In this document: positions 20,552 through 29,025 of the stretch, one piece after another | How positions within the stretch are numbered: position 1 is the first letter of the stretch | Layout of the letters: each line of letters begins with the position of its first letter | The notes under the pieces: model-generated | The model's database searches: none | Told to the model about the DNA's origin: nothing | The model's input: only the letters and a program-made list of their open reading frames with translations | Source of the DNA: Candidatus Heimdallarchaeum aukensis | GTDB lineage: Archaea > Asgardarchaeota > Heimdallarchaeia > Heimdallarchaeales > Heimdallarchaeaceae | Direction of reading: 5' to 3' | Assembly (NCBI GenBank): GCA_021513695.1 | Contig: CP084166.1 | Span: 2,336,001 to 2,400,000, forward strand | Length of the DNA: 64,000 nucleotides | Program-made: the position numbers and the translations under genes

Positions 20552-22000
20552 GTGATTACAATCTTTACACGAAGAGGAGGATACCTGATATTCTTTGGTA
20601 TTGTAATGATTAGCGTAGGCTTTGCACTTGCAGGTTTCCTAGCTCTAAATAATATACTTGAATCATTTGGAGCACATCCAGTGCCTGAAACATCAACAGA
20701 AGGCCCTCAAGGAACAGGTTTAATGGATCTTTTACATTTCTACCTTTTAGATTCGACTCTAATATGGTATTTCATCATTTTAGGTGTTATGCTAATATTT
20801 TCCGTTATGCTTGGTTTACCTTTCTATAGACTCGGTGCAAACCCTGAATCTATAGAAATAAAAAGAAAAGTAGCTAAAGCAAAAGCTTTTGCAGGAGATT
20901 ATGTGTATATAGAAGTGACAGTAAGAAACAGATCTGTAAACCAGCTTCCCCACGTAGAAATTTACGATGCAATTCCAGAAGTCTTTGACTTAGTGTTAGG
21001 CGAAAATTTCATTATTACACAGCTGAATCCAAAGGAAACAGTTACATTTGGATATGTAGTTCGGATACCAATTAGAGGATTGTTCAATATTGGACCAACT
21101 AAAGTTATAATCAAAGATAGAATGGGATTCTACGCTACAGAAGGAGAAATTAAAACAAAGACGGAGATATTAGTTTATCCAAGCTATGAAGATATTAGAA
21201 AAATGGAAATGATAGGCAAAAAACGTCGTCTAGGTGTAATTTTTGGAATGCATAGAACTAAAGTTAAAGGAATGGGAGACGATTTCGCTGGAATTAGACA
21301 GTATCAAACAGGAGATCCATTTAAATTTATTGACTGGAAAAGCGTTGCACGTTCTGGGAAAATGATGGTTCGTGAATTCGAAGCAGAGCAAAATATTCGA
21401 GTAATTATCATGATCGATGCCTCTGCAAGTATGGGTGCTGGGCTACCTAGAAACACTAAGTTAGAATATGCTATTCGAAGTGCAGTGTTACTAATGCATC
21501 TTGCTTTCGAAAAACACGATATGGTTGGTTTGTGTGTTTATGATGATGAAGTTAGAACATGGATTGATCTAACCAGTTCTAGAAATAGACTCTTTGCGTT
21601 TTTGGAGGCTTTAGCCTTAGTAAAACCAAAAGGGGAATCAGATCTAGAAAAAGCTATGGATTATGCAATAAAGAGAGTACGAAGAGCATCCTATATAGTT
21701 ATTTTGTCTGATTTAGAGTCTAATCCACAAAAAATAGTTTCAGCAATTAGGCAAGCGCGGGGACGGAAACACCAAGTAACAGTTATAAGTCCATTTGGAC
21801 CTTGGTTTGAGATTGTATCTCAGCAATTGAGCCCCATAGAGCAACTAATTGGTTATGCTATGGTTGAAAAACAGATGGGTGAAAGATATAGAATGTTTAA
21901 GGCTATAAGAAAATTCGATGCTACCACTGTTAATGTTGGACCAGATGATTTCTTACCTACAATTATGGCTCAGTTCAGAAGGATACAAAGGAGGGGATGA
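20552..22000 (+). CDS. DUF58 protein (vWA-like), module 2
   Basis: N-terminal TMs, 'FAGIRQYQTGDPFKFIDWKSVARSGKMMVREFEAEQN', then 'VIIMIDASASMG' (vWA MIDAS-like DxSxS). Confidence 0.85.
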   Translation: MITIFTRRGGYLIFFGIVMISVGFALAGFLALNNILESFGAHPVPETSTEGPQGTGLMDLLHFYLLDSTLIWYFIILGVMLIFSVMLGLPFYRLGANPESIEIKRKVAKAKAFAGDYVYIEVTVRNRSVNQLPHVEIYDAIPEVFDLVLGENFIITQLNPKETVTFGYVVRIPIRGLFNIGPTKVIIKDRMGFYATEGEIKTKTEILVYPSYEDIRKMEMIGKKRRLGVIFGMHRTKVKGMGDDFAGIRQYQTGDPFKFIDWKSVARSGKMMVREFEAEQNIRVIIMIDASASMGAGLPRNTKLEYAIRSAVLLMHLAFEKHDMVGLCVYDDEVRTWIDLTSSRNRLFAFLEALALVKPKGESDLEKAMDYAIKRVRRASYIVILSDLESNPQKIVSAIRQARGRKHQVTVISPFGPWFEIVSQQLSPIEQLIGYAMVEKQMGERYRMFKAIRKFDATTVNVGPDDFLPTIMAQFRRIQRRG

Positions 22001-22003
22001 AAA

Positions 22004-23515
22004 ATGGAATCATTATCAGAAACAAGAATGATTGATCTTGGAATTAGAGGAGTAGAACGAAGGCTTAAAGGGGCAAGAACACAGACTATTATTACCAACG
22101 TAATTTCTAGATTAATTGCTATAGGTGTTATATTATGGCTATTTCTTCAATTATGGACTAATATTGATAAAACAAAATTACCTCCTGGCCATTTAATTGA
22201 TTCACTTACTATCTTCTTTCTCTATTTTGAGAATTTTGCGGTATTATTCTTTCTTATACCAATATTCTTGATATCTTTAATTTTCGGAGCAATGGGTAGT
22301 GGCGCAGATGGGAGCGCTATATTACTTACGGCAAGAGCATTTTTTACTGTAGACATTTTCAATAATGTTTCTCCTCCAGAACCGATGACTTCATCTGAAC
22401 TTTATGGAAGTGAAAGCACAAACATGTTTTCAGTCTTTACCAGTGCTTTTGGTTATCTGTGGCGAAATCGTATTTACTTCAAAGATACTAATCGAGCAAC
22501 AATTCTCATTTTAGCTGTAATTATTTTCTGGTTAGGTGTAACTGCCTTTCTGATGAGGTCTGATATGAGGACAGCAGCAACCGTCTTTGCTTCTTCTCAA
22601 TTCATTGTACTATATGCTCAAACCCAATTGTTATTTAAAAATCAGTTATATTATGCTCCAACAGAAAATATAGTTGTGCTCTTTTCTTATGATGCAGTAA
22701 TTACAGCTTTAGCATCATATCTGTTCCTAGAGATAGCGTTGCAAACATCTTATATCTCTAAAATACTTAATCCAACGCAAGATAGACAAAAAAGAGTTTT
22801 ACAAGCTCTTGATAGACTAAAAGAATTTAGATTAGGAATAACCCCTGTAACAACAGAAGTGAGTAAACCTGAAACTGAGGAGACTAAAAAGGAAGCCTCA
22901 AAAACAATTGCAGGAGCAGGAAGCAGTTTGGTCAAAAAGTACGGTGCTACAGCAGTGGCGTTTTTAGCAGAAAAAACTAAAGATTCGCTTTTTGCTAAAC
23001 CTGGAGGACGACAAGCTAAATTGACAGGGAGACTGCAACGATATCATGATAGTTTGGTGCATAGTGATACAGAGGTTGATCAAAAACTAGTAGGGGCATC
23101 AGTAGCTGTCTCACCAATGATGACGATAGTATATATTACCATTTCAATAATCTTTAGATTAATAATAATGATGCTCGGACTATTTTTAGTCTTAAATCCT
23201 GATATTCTGTTATTCATTCTTCGTTATCCTCCTTCAATTTATTATAGTCTAGAAATGTTAGAACCAGAAGGAGTAGTTCTACTTTTAATACCAATAGTAG
23301 TAATGATATTATTGTTAACAGAGCTAATAGGTTATATACAGAAGAGATTAGCTGAAAGAATAACCCAAGAAAAAACAGAAGAAGAATTAATGGAAGAAAT
23401 TCAATATGAAGAAGAAGAGGGCACAGGAGTAGTAACAGAAGGACCGATAAGTGATATATCAGAAGAAGAATTATTCTATAAACAATTAGAAGAAGAATTC
23501 TCTGATGAAGAATAA
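22004..23515 (+). CDS. polytopic membrane protein with strongly acidic C-terminal tail, hypothetical (end of module 2)
   Basis: 503 aa with many hydrophobic segments. C-terminus 'EEELMEEIQYEEEEGTG...EEELFYKQLEEEFSDEE'. Same position as the membrane protein ending module 1. Confidence 0.45.
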   Translation: MESLSETRMIDLGIRGVERRLKGARTQTIITNVISRLIAIGVILWLFLQLWTNIDKTKLPPGHLIDSLTIFFLYFENFAVLFFLIPIFLISLIFGAMGSGADGSAILLTARAFFTVDIFNNVSPPEPMTSSELYGSESTNMFSVFTSAFGYLWRNRIYFKDTNRATILILAVIIFWLGVTAFLMRSDMRTAATVFASSQFIVLYAQTQLLFKNQLYYAPTENIVVLFSYDAVITALASYLFLEIALQTSYISKILNPTQDRQKRVLQALDRLKEFRLGITPVTTEVSKPETEETKKEASKTIAGAGSSLVKKYGATAVAFLAEKTKDSLFAKPGGRQAKLTGRLQRYHDSLVHSDTEVDQKLVGASVAVSPMMTIVYITISIIFRLIIMMLGLFLVLNPDILLFILRYPPSIYYSLEMLEPEGVVLLLIPIVVMILLLTELIGYIQKRLAERITQEKTEEELMEEIQYEEEEGTGVVTEGPISDISEEELFYKQLEEEFSDEE

Positions 23516-23528
23516 GAACAGAATAACT

Positions 23529-23584
23529 TTCCTTTTCTTTTTATTTTTTAAAAATATTGACTTATTTCAGCTTTTTTTATTTGT
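23529..23584. terminator. T/A-rich region between convergent genes (putative bidirectional terminator)
   Basis: Runs 'cttttctttttattttttaaaaat' and 'gctttttttatttg' between the 22004..23515 (+) stop and the 23649..25880 (-) stop. Confidence 0.25.
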
Positions 23585-23648
23585 CTAAAGAATACAGAAA
23601 AAATAGAAATTAATGACAAAAATGAAATAAAAATAAAAAAGTAAAGGA

Positions 23649-25880
23649 TTATGTACGTTTGTACATGAATCTTTCCCAATTGCTGGCTGTTGGGATTTCT
23701 GGAGGTAATCCTTTTCTTTCTCTGATACTGGCAATGACTTGTTCCTCAAGGTTGGAAGGAACAGGCTCGAAACCTAAAAATTGATAACCAAAGAAGGCTT
23801 TTCCTGAGCTCTCACTGCGGATTTCATCTGCTAAGTGAATTGTCTCTGCAGTGGGTACTTTACCTTTGAGTTTTGTATTTTCACCTTCTGTTGTCATGTC
23901 AAGTATCATTCCCCTATGTTGGGTGAGTAATGCGGTTATATTTCCTATGAAGTCATTTGGAACTTTGATGTCGATTTGTAGTATAGGCTCTAAGAGTTGA
24001 GGGTTAGCAGAAATGAAAGTAGTGTGAAAACCAGCTAAACTCATCTGGAAGATTTCGCTAAAACCAGTATGAGCAGGATCAACGTGAACTACGGCATCAG
24101 TTATTACAAATTTAGCACCCATTAAAGGTTCTTTTGCTAGTGTGGCTCCATGTGCAAAATCATGAAAGACTTGAATGATATATTGCTGAATGTTTTCTAA
24201 ACGCTGAACACCTTTGGTGTTATCCACTAAAATATTAGTGTCAGCAATAGCCCAAATTCTTCTTGCTTCTCTAGCATCCCAACCAGCTTCTTCGTGAAGA
24301 ATGGCTGCACGCTCTTTTCTATCTTGATCCATATTCACTTTACCAGATTTAATAAGTTCGATTGTTTTTTCATCCAAAGGTTCAACATGAACTTCAAATC
24401 TGTTATGACCATTTGGTGATTTAGCAAAGACATCAGGACCACGAGTAGTTGGTTTTTCTCTGTAGACGATAATAGGATCACTTACCTCAATGTCAACTTG
24501 CTCTCTGATTCTAGTAACTAGAATTTCAATCTGTAAGGGGTCAATTCCCGAGAGAACATAGGTTTTAGACTCTTCATCATGACGAAAAGCAGCGGTAGGA
24601 TCCGCCATAATCCACTTAGATACGACTTCACCTAGTTTAGCAATATCTTGTGGATCTTTTGGTTTGATAGTACGACTAACAACAGGTTCAGCAACATAGG
24701 ATATTTCTTCAAATGGATGAACTTTGCCAATGTCTTTAGCGTTAATGAAAGTCTCACCAGCAGGACAAATAAAACCGAATATAGCAAAAAGATTTCCTGC
24801 AGGAATTTCATCTACATCAAGGATATCAGTAATCTCCATAACACCTAAACGTTTAATGTTAGTTTTGTCTTTCTTACCAACTAAATAAAGGGTGTCTGAT
24901 TTACGAAGTGTACCACTATAAACACGGCCGATTAAAGTAGGACGTTTAGATTTTGGTTCAATGAAAATCTTGGTAATCATACCCATTAAAGGACCATTGG
25001 GGTCAGCATTAAGTAATGCTTTTCCTTGGGGACTTTCAAGATCTCCAGACCAAATGCGTGGGATCTTAACTCTTTGTCCTTCTTCAGGGTTGGGTAAGTG
25101 CTTAATAACCATCTCAAGTAAAGGTTCCTCCAAAGGAAGATTTTTACGTAACCAGTCTTTATCATTTTGATTATACTTTTCAAAGATATCTTGAGGTTTG
25201 ATCTTTAAGCGTTTTAAAGTGGACATGTTGAAAGCCCAGCCATCTTTGGCTGAACCAATTGCTACAGAGTCATCAGTGAACCTAACACGCCACTGTTTAG
25301 CTAACTCTTTAGGTGCATTTGCCTCAATAAGTTTGTTTACTTCTGTAATAATAGCATCAATTCTGCTAAAAACTTGATCAGGTTTCAAACGAAGTTCAGA
25401 AATAAGACGGTCTACTTTATTAATGTATAAAACAGGTTTACACATTTCACCAATAGACAAACGAATATTAGTTTCAGTTTGAGTCATAACTCCCTCAAGA
25501 GCATCCACTAAAAGAATAACACCATCAGAACCTCGAAGAGCTCGACTAACCTCACCAGTAAAACTAATGTGACCAGGAGTGTCGTTAATTTCCATCAAAT
25601 AACGTTTAGTCTCACCATTTTCGTCGGTATACTCGTAGTCAAGAAGAACGACAGAAGTAAAAATAGTAATACCACGTTCTTGTTCCTCTTGATCTGAATC
25701 CATCATGACTTTTTTACCTGCATCTGCGTCAGACATAAGTCCAGCTTTTCTTAATAGATAGTCGCTTGTTGTTGTTTTTCCATGATCTATGTGAGCTGCG
25801 ATACTGAACACTCTTCTTAGTTCATTGGGGTGCTCTTTGATCATTTGTCTAATATCGTCAGCATTTTTTACTTTAACCAT
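23649..25880 (-). CDS. translation elongation factor 2 family GTPase (aEF-2 or EF-2 paralog)
   Basis: G1 'AHIDHGKTT', G3 'DTPGH', G4 'NKVDR'; five-domain EF-2 length (743 aa). Domain IV loop reads 'HVDPAHTGFSE' rather than the canonical 'HxDAIHRGxxQ'. Confidence 0.85.
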   Translation of the reverse strand: MVKVKNADDIRQMIKEHPNELRRVFSIAAHIDHGKTTTSDYLLRKAGLMSDADAGKKVMMDSDQEEQERGITIFTSVVLLDYEYTDENGETKRYLMEINDTPGHISFTGEVSRALRGSDGVILLVDALEGVMTQTETNIRLSIGEMCKPVLYINKVDRLISELRLKPDQVFSRIDAIITEVNKLIEANAPKELAKQWRVRFTDDSVAIGSAKDGWAFNMSTLKRLKIKPQDIFEKYNQNDKDWLRKNLPLEEPLLEMVIKHLPNPEEGQRVKIPRIWSGDLESPQGKALLNADPNGPLMGMITKIFIEPKSKRPTLIGRVYSGTLRKSDTLYLVGKKDKTNIKRLGVMEITDILDVDEIPAGNLFAIFGFICPAGETFINAKDIGKVHPFEEISYVAEPVVSRTIKPKDPQDIAKLGEVVSKWIMADPTAAFRHDEESKTYVLSGIDPLQIEILVTRIREQVDIEVSDPIIVYREKPTTRGPDVFAKSPNGHNRFEVHVEPLDEKTIELIKSGKVNMDQDRKERAAILHEEAGWDAREARRIWAIADTNILVDNTKGVQRLENIQQYIIQVFHDFAHGATLAKEPLMGAKFVITDAVVHVDPAHTGFSEIFQMSLAGFHTTFISANPQLLEPILQIDIKVPNDFIGNITALLTQHRGMILDMTTEGENTKLKGKVPTAETIHLADEIRSESSGKAFFGYQFLGFEPVPSNLEEQVIASIRERKGLPPEIPTASNWERFMYKRT

Positions 25881-26126
25881 AATTTTTCACCATTATTTAA
25901 CACTAGTACTGAGCATCATGTACTAATTGCTTTTCATTAAGTTGTGCGAACTTTCAAAATTTGAATTATAAAGTTAATGATTATATAGTTCTTTCCTTTA
26001 GTATACTAGAGGGCATCAATATTTAAACGTTCAAATTATGTTTCTCCTCTTATAAATCAAGAATTGATTTTTATTATTTTTCTTCCTTAACAATAAGAGT
26101 TAAGAATCTTTTTTTTATTTTAACTT
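25881..26126. promoter_or_regulatory. divergent AT-rich intergenic region (promoters for the EF-2-like gene and the deaminase-arfC-cofGH operon)
   Basis: 246-bp non-coding gap between divergent genes with several TATA-like boxes (e.g. 'tttatataa', 'ttttattttaac'). Confidence 0.25.
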
Positions 26127-27281
26127 GTGCAGACTCTATATGCTCCTAAAGCTCTAATTGGTGAAAATTTAGAACTAAAAAATCATGTTCTAATCACTAT
26201 CTCTGAGGATGGTATTATTCATTCTTTAGACACTGAAGTAGATGATTATTCTGCAGATACAGTTTTGTCTCAAGACACTTTAGTTCTTCCCAGTTTTATT
26301 AATATGCATACTCATATTGGTGATTTTTTACTCAAAGATCAAGGTTTTGGATTATCTTTAAGAGAAGTTGTTGGAAGAAATGGAGTTAAACACTCCTTTC
26401 TCAATAAACTGAGTGATGAAAGACTACAATTTTCCTTAGAACACGCTCTCTCTCTTCTTATTTCAAATGGTTATTCTACCTTTGTAGACTTTAGAGAAGG
26501 GGGAATTAAAGGTGTTTCAATGCTCGGGAAAGTTTTAGAATCTTTTCTTATTCGAGGAATTGTTCTTGGTCGTCCTTCAGCTGATGATGATATAGATAGT
26601 TTAGTTGAATATGTGGATGGTTTTGGGTTCTCTGATGTTTTTTCAGTATATGAAAAAGAAGAATTAATTGAAAACTTAGAAAAAGCTCTTTCTTCGAATT
26701 CTGAACTTTTGTTATCAATTCATGTTGCTGAAACAAAGGAATTAGTGGAAAAGTCTATAGCGGAAATAGGAAAAACAGACTTAAATTACGTAATAGAAAA
26801 TCTCTCACCTTCTTTTATTGTTCATTGCAATTATGTTACAGAGGACAATCAATTTCTTAAAATTAAAGAATGTGGAATAGGTGTTGTTTGTTGTCCTTTG
26901 ACAGCGTCATATTTTGGTCTTCAGTTTCCACCGATTGTTAAATGCTTGGAATATAATATTCCTCTCGCCTTGGGAACAGATAACATAATGATTGCTGATG
27001 TTAATCCTTTTTTCCTTATGCGTTTTACTCTACTAACTCTATCATCTAAAGGAGTTTTTCTGTCTCCTCAAACTATTTTAAAAACACTAACCGTTAACCC
27101 AGGGTTAATGCTTAATCAGAAAATAGGTCAAATTTTTCCAGGTTATAAAGCTGATTTCATAGGCGTAAACCTATCATCACCCAATCTTATCCATTCAAAT
27201 GATGTCTATAAAACTCTAGTTTTTAGAACTTCAGTTAAAGATATAAACTTCCAAATGTTTGAAGGGAGAAGAATAAAATGA
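26127..27281 (+). CDS. metal-dependent amidohydrolase of the nucleobase/nucleoside deaminase subfamily (MtaD/guanine-deaminase/chlorohydrolase-like)
   Basis: 'LVLPSFINMHTHIGD' (HxH), 'LSIHVAETKELVE' (HxAE), 'IVHCNYV', 'LALGTDN'. Together these are the metal-ligand set of amidohydrolase deaminases. Confidence 0.75.
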   Translation: MQTLYAPKALIGENLELKNHVLITISEDGIIHSLDTEVDDYSADTVLSQDTLVLPSFINMHTHIGDFLLKDQGFGLSLREVVGRNGVKHSFLNKLSDERLQFSLEHALSLLISNGYSTFVDFREGGIKGVSMLGKVLESFLIRGIVLGRPSADDDIDSLVEYVDGFGFSDVFSVYEKEELIENLEKALSSNSELLLSIHVAETKELVEKSIAEIGKTDLNYVIENLSPSFIVHCNYVTEDNQFLKIKECGIGVVCCPLTASYFGLQFPPIVKCLEYNIPLALGTDNIMIADVNPFFLMRFTLLTLSSKGVFLSPQTILKTLTVNPGLMLNQKIGQIFPGYKADFIGVNLSSPNLIHSNDVYKTLVFRTSVKDINFQMFEGRRIK

Positions 27282-27970
27282 ATAAGGAGCTTTTAAAACC
27301 TAAAGTAACAATTAATGTTGCTTGTTCGCTCGATGGGATAATAGCTACAAATAAAGGTCCTTTGGATCTATCTAATGAAGAAGATTGGTTACGTGTTCAT
27401 GATTTAAGAAATAATTCTGATGCCATTTTAGTAGGTATAAACACAATAATTAATGATAACCCTGGGCTGAAGATTAAAAGAGTTGATTTAACTCCTCCGC
27501 ATCCCTACAGAGTTGTTCTTGATAGCAATGCTAGAATACCTTTAGATGCTAAAGTTTTAAGAGAACAAGAAGTTTTTCCTACTATCTTATTTGTATCTAA
27601 TATCACTGAATCAAAATTTCTTGAACTTAAAGAAAAAGGAGTATCAGTTGAAGTTGTAAAAGAAATAGAAAAAGGTTTTCTAGATCTTGAGATGGTACTA
27701 GACATCCTATACAGAAAATATAATGTTAGAAATCTGATGGTTGAAGGTGGAGGAAAAATAATTACCAGTTTTGTAATCCATAAACTTGTCGACGAAATGA
27801 TTATTTTTTATGCACCAATTTTAGTAGGTTCTATAGATGGAGTTCCACTATTTCCAAAAAAAGCAAAAGAAAAAATATTAGAGCATGATAGAATTAAAAA
27901 TATCATTCACGAAAGAATAGGAGATGGCTTTCTCATCAAAATTCAGTATGGAGAAAACAAATGTCAATAG
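27278..27970 (+). CDS. arfC: 2,5-diamino-6-ribosylamino-4(3H)-pyrimidinone 5'-phosphate reductase (archaeal ArfC / RibD C-terminal domain type)
   Basis: 'VTINVACSLDGIIA', 'DAILVGINTIINDNPGLKIKR', 'RVVLDSNARIP', 'LMVEGGGKIITSFVIHKLVDEMIIFYAPILVG' are a classic RibD_C reductase pattern; 230 aa, like archaeal ArfC. ATGA overlap with the upstream gene. Confidence 0.75.
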   Translation: MNKELLKPKVTINVACSLDGIIATNKGPLDLSNEEDWLRVHDLRNNSDAILVGINTIINDNPGLKIKRVDLTPPHPYRVVLDSNARIPLDAKVLREQEVFPTILFVSNITESKFLELKEKGVSVEVVKEIEKGFLDLEMVLDILYRKYNVRNLMVEGGGKIITSFVIHKLVDEMIIFYAPILVGSIDGVPLFPKKAKEKILEHDRIKNIIHERIGDGFLIKIQYGENKCQ

Positions 27971-29019
27971 AAGAATATCTCAACTTTATAGAAAATGAAC
28001 AGTGTGATCTTCTTGTTAAAGCAAATGAAATAAGGTCTAAAAATTATTCAAATCAAGTAACTTTTTCAAGAAATTACTTTGTTCCTGTAACTCGACAGTG
28101 TAGAAACAATTGTAGATACTGCAGTTTTTCAAATTCAGATGTCTCAAGTTGGGTGAATCTCTCACAGTTTCAACTACACCTTGAAACAGCTAAAAAAAAC
28201 AATTGTTTAGAACTTTTACTAACAATGGGCGAAAAGCCAGAAGAGCGCTACGAAAGCGCTAGAAATTTTCTCGAATCTAATAATTTTAGTTCTTCTGCTG
28301 AGTATGTTGCTCGCTTGTGTGAATTAGCAATAGAAAGAAAACTTCTTCCTCATTCAAATTTAGGAGTATTAAACTACGAAGAATTATCCTTGTTAAAACC
28401 AGTTAATGCAAGTATGGGTCTTATGTTGGAAAGTTCAAGTACTCGATTATTACAGAAAGATATGCCTCATTTCAACTCTGTTGGAAAAGATCCTGAAAAA
28501 CGATTAAAAACTATTGAAAATGCAGGTAAATTGAAGATACCTTTTACTACTGGCATTCTTGTTGGTATTGGAGAAACATGGGAAGAACGTGTTCAGAGTC
28601 TTCTAGATATCGCCTACTTAAGCAAAAAATATGACCATATCCAAGAAGTAATAGTTCAAAACTTTAATCCTCAAAGTAACACATTAATGAAGAATCATCC
28701 TCCTCCAACTGAAGAAGACTTTTTACTAACTGTCGCTTTAGCACGACTTATACTCCCTTCACATGTTAGTATTCAAGTTCCACCAAATCTAAATAAACAG
28801 AGAATAGTGAAAGCTTTAACCTACGGTGCTAATGACTTAGGAGGAATGTCTCCTGTAACATCAGATTATATTAACCCTGATGAACCTTGGCCCAACGAAT
28901 ATGAACTTAACCAATACTTAAAACAAGAAAATTTTACTCTAATTCAAAGACTCCCTGTATACGCACGATACATCAAGTATTTAAGTAGTGAGTTGAAAAA
29001 CATCATTAATCAATTGTAA
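27961..29019 (+). CDS. cofG: radical SAM FO synthase subunit CofG-like (7,8-didemethyl-8-hydroxy-5-deazariboflavin synthase subunit 1); alternative MqnC
   Basis: 'VTFSRNYFVPVTRQCRNNCRYCSFS' closely resembles the CofG signature (TxxCRNxCxYCxF); followed by a TIM-barrel-like radical SAM body. Overlaps the arfC stop. Confidence 0.65.
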   Translation: MSIEEYLNFIENEQCDLLVKANEIRSKNYSNQVTFSRNYFVPVTRQCRNNCRYCSFSNSDVSSWVNLSQFQLHLETAKKNNCLELLLTMGEKPEERYESARNFLESNNFSSSAEYVARLCELAIERKLLPHSNLGVLNYEELSLLKPVNASMGLMLESSSTRLLQKDMPHFNSVGKDPEKRLKTIENAGKLKIPFTTGILVGIGETWEERVQSLLDIAYLSKKYDHIQEVIVQNFNPQSNTLMKNHPPPTEEDFLLTVALARLILPSHVSIQVPPNLNKQRIVKALTYGANDLGGMSPVTSDYINPDEPWPNEYELNQYLKQENFTLIQRLPVYARYIKYLSSELKNIINQL

Positions 29020-29025
29020 GGAGAA

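Noticed and set aside
23649-25880. Calling this gene the organism's canonical aEF-2
   Set aside because: Kept open but not preferred. The diphthamide loop is derived (HTGFSE rather than HRGxxQ), and the gene is isolated from any ribosomal-protein or str-type context, which is more consistent with the Asgard EF-2 paralog.
25881-26126. Possible tRNA or small RNA in the 246-bp gap between the EF-2-like gene and the deaminase operon
   Set aside because: Sequence is about 80% A/T with no GC-rich stems and no cloverleaf-compatible complementarity. Treated as a divergent promoter region instead.
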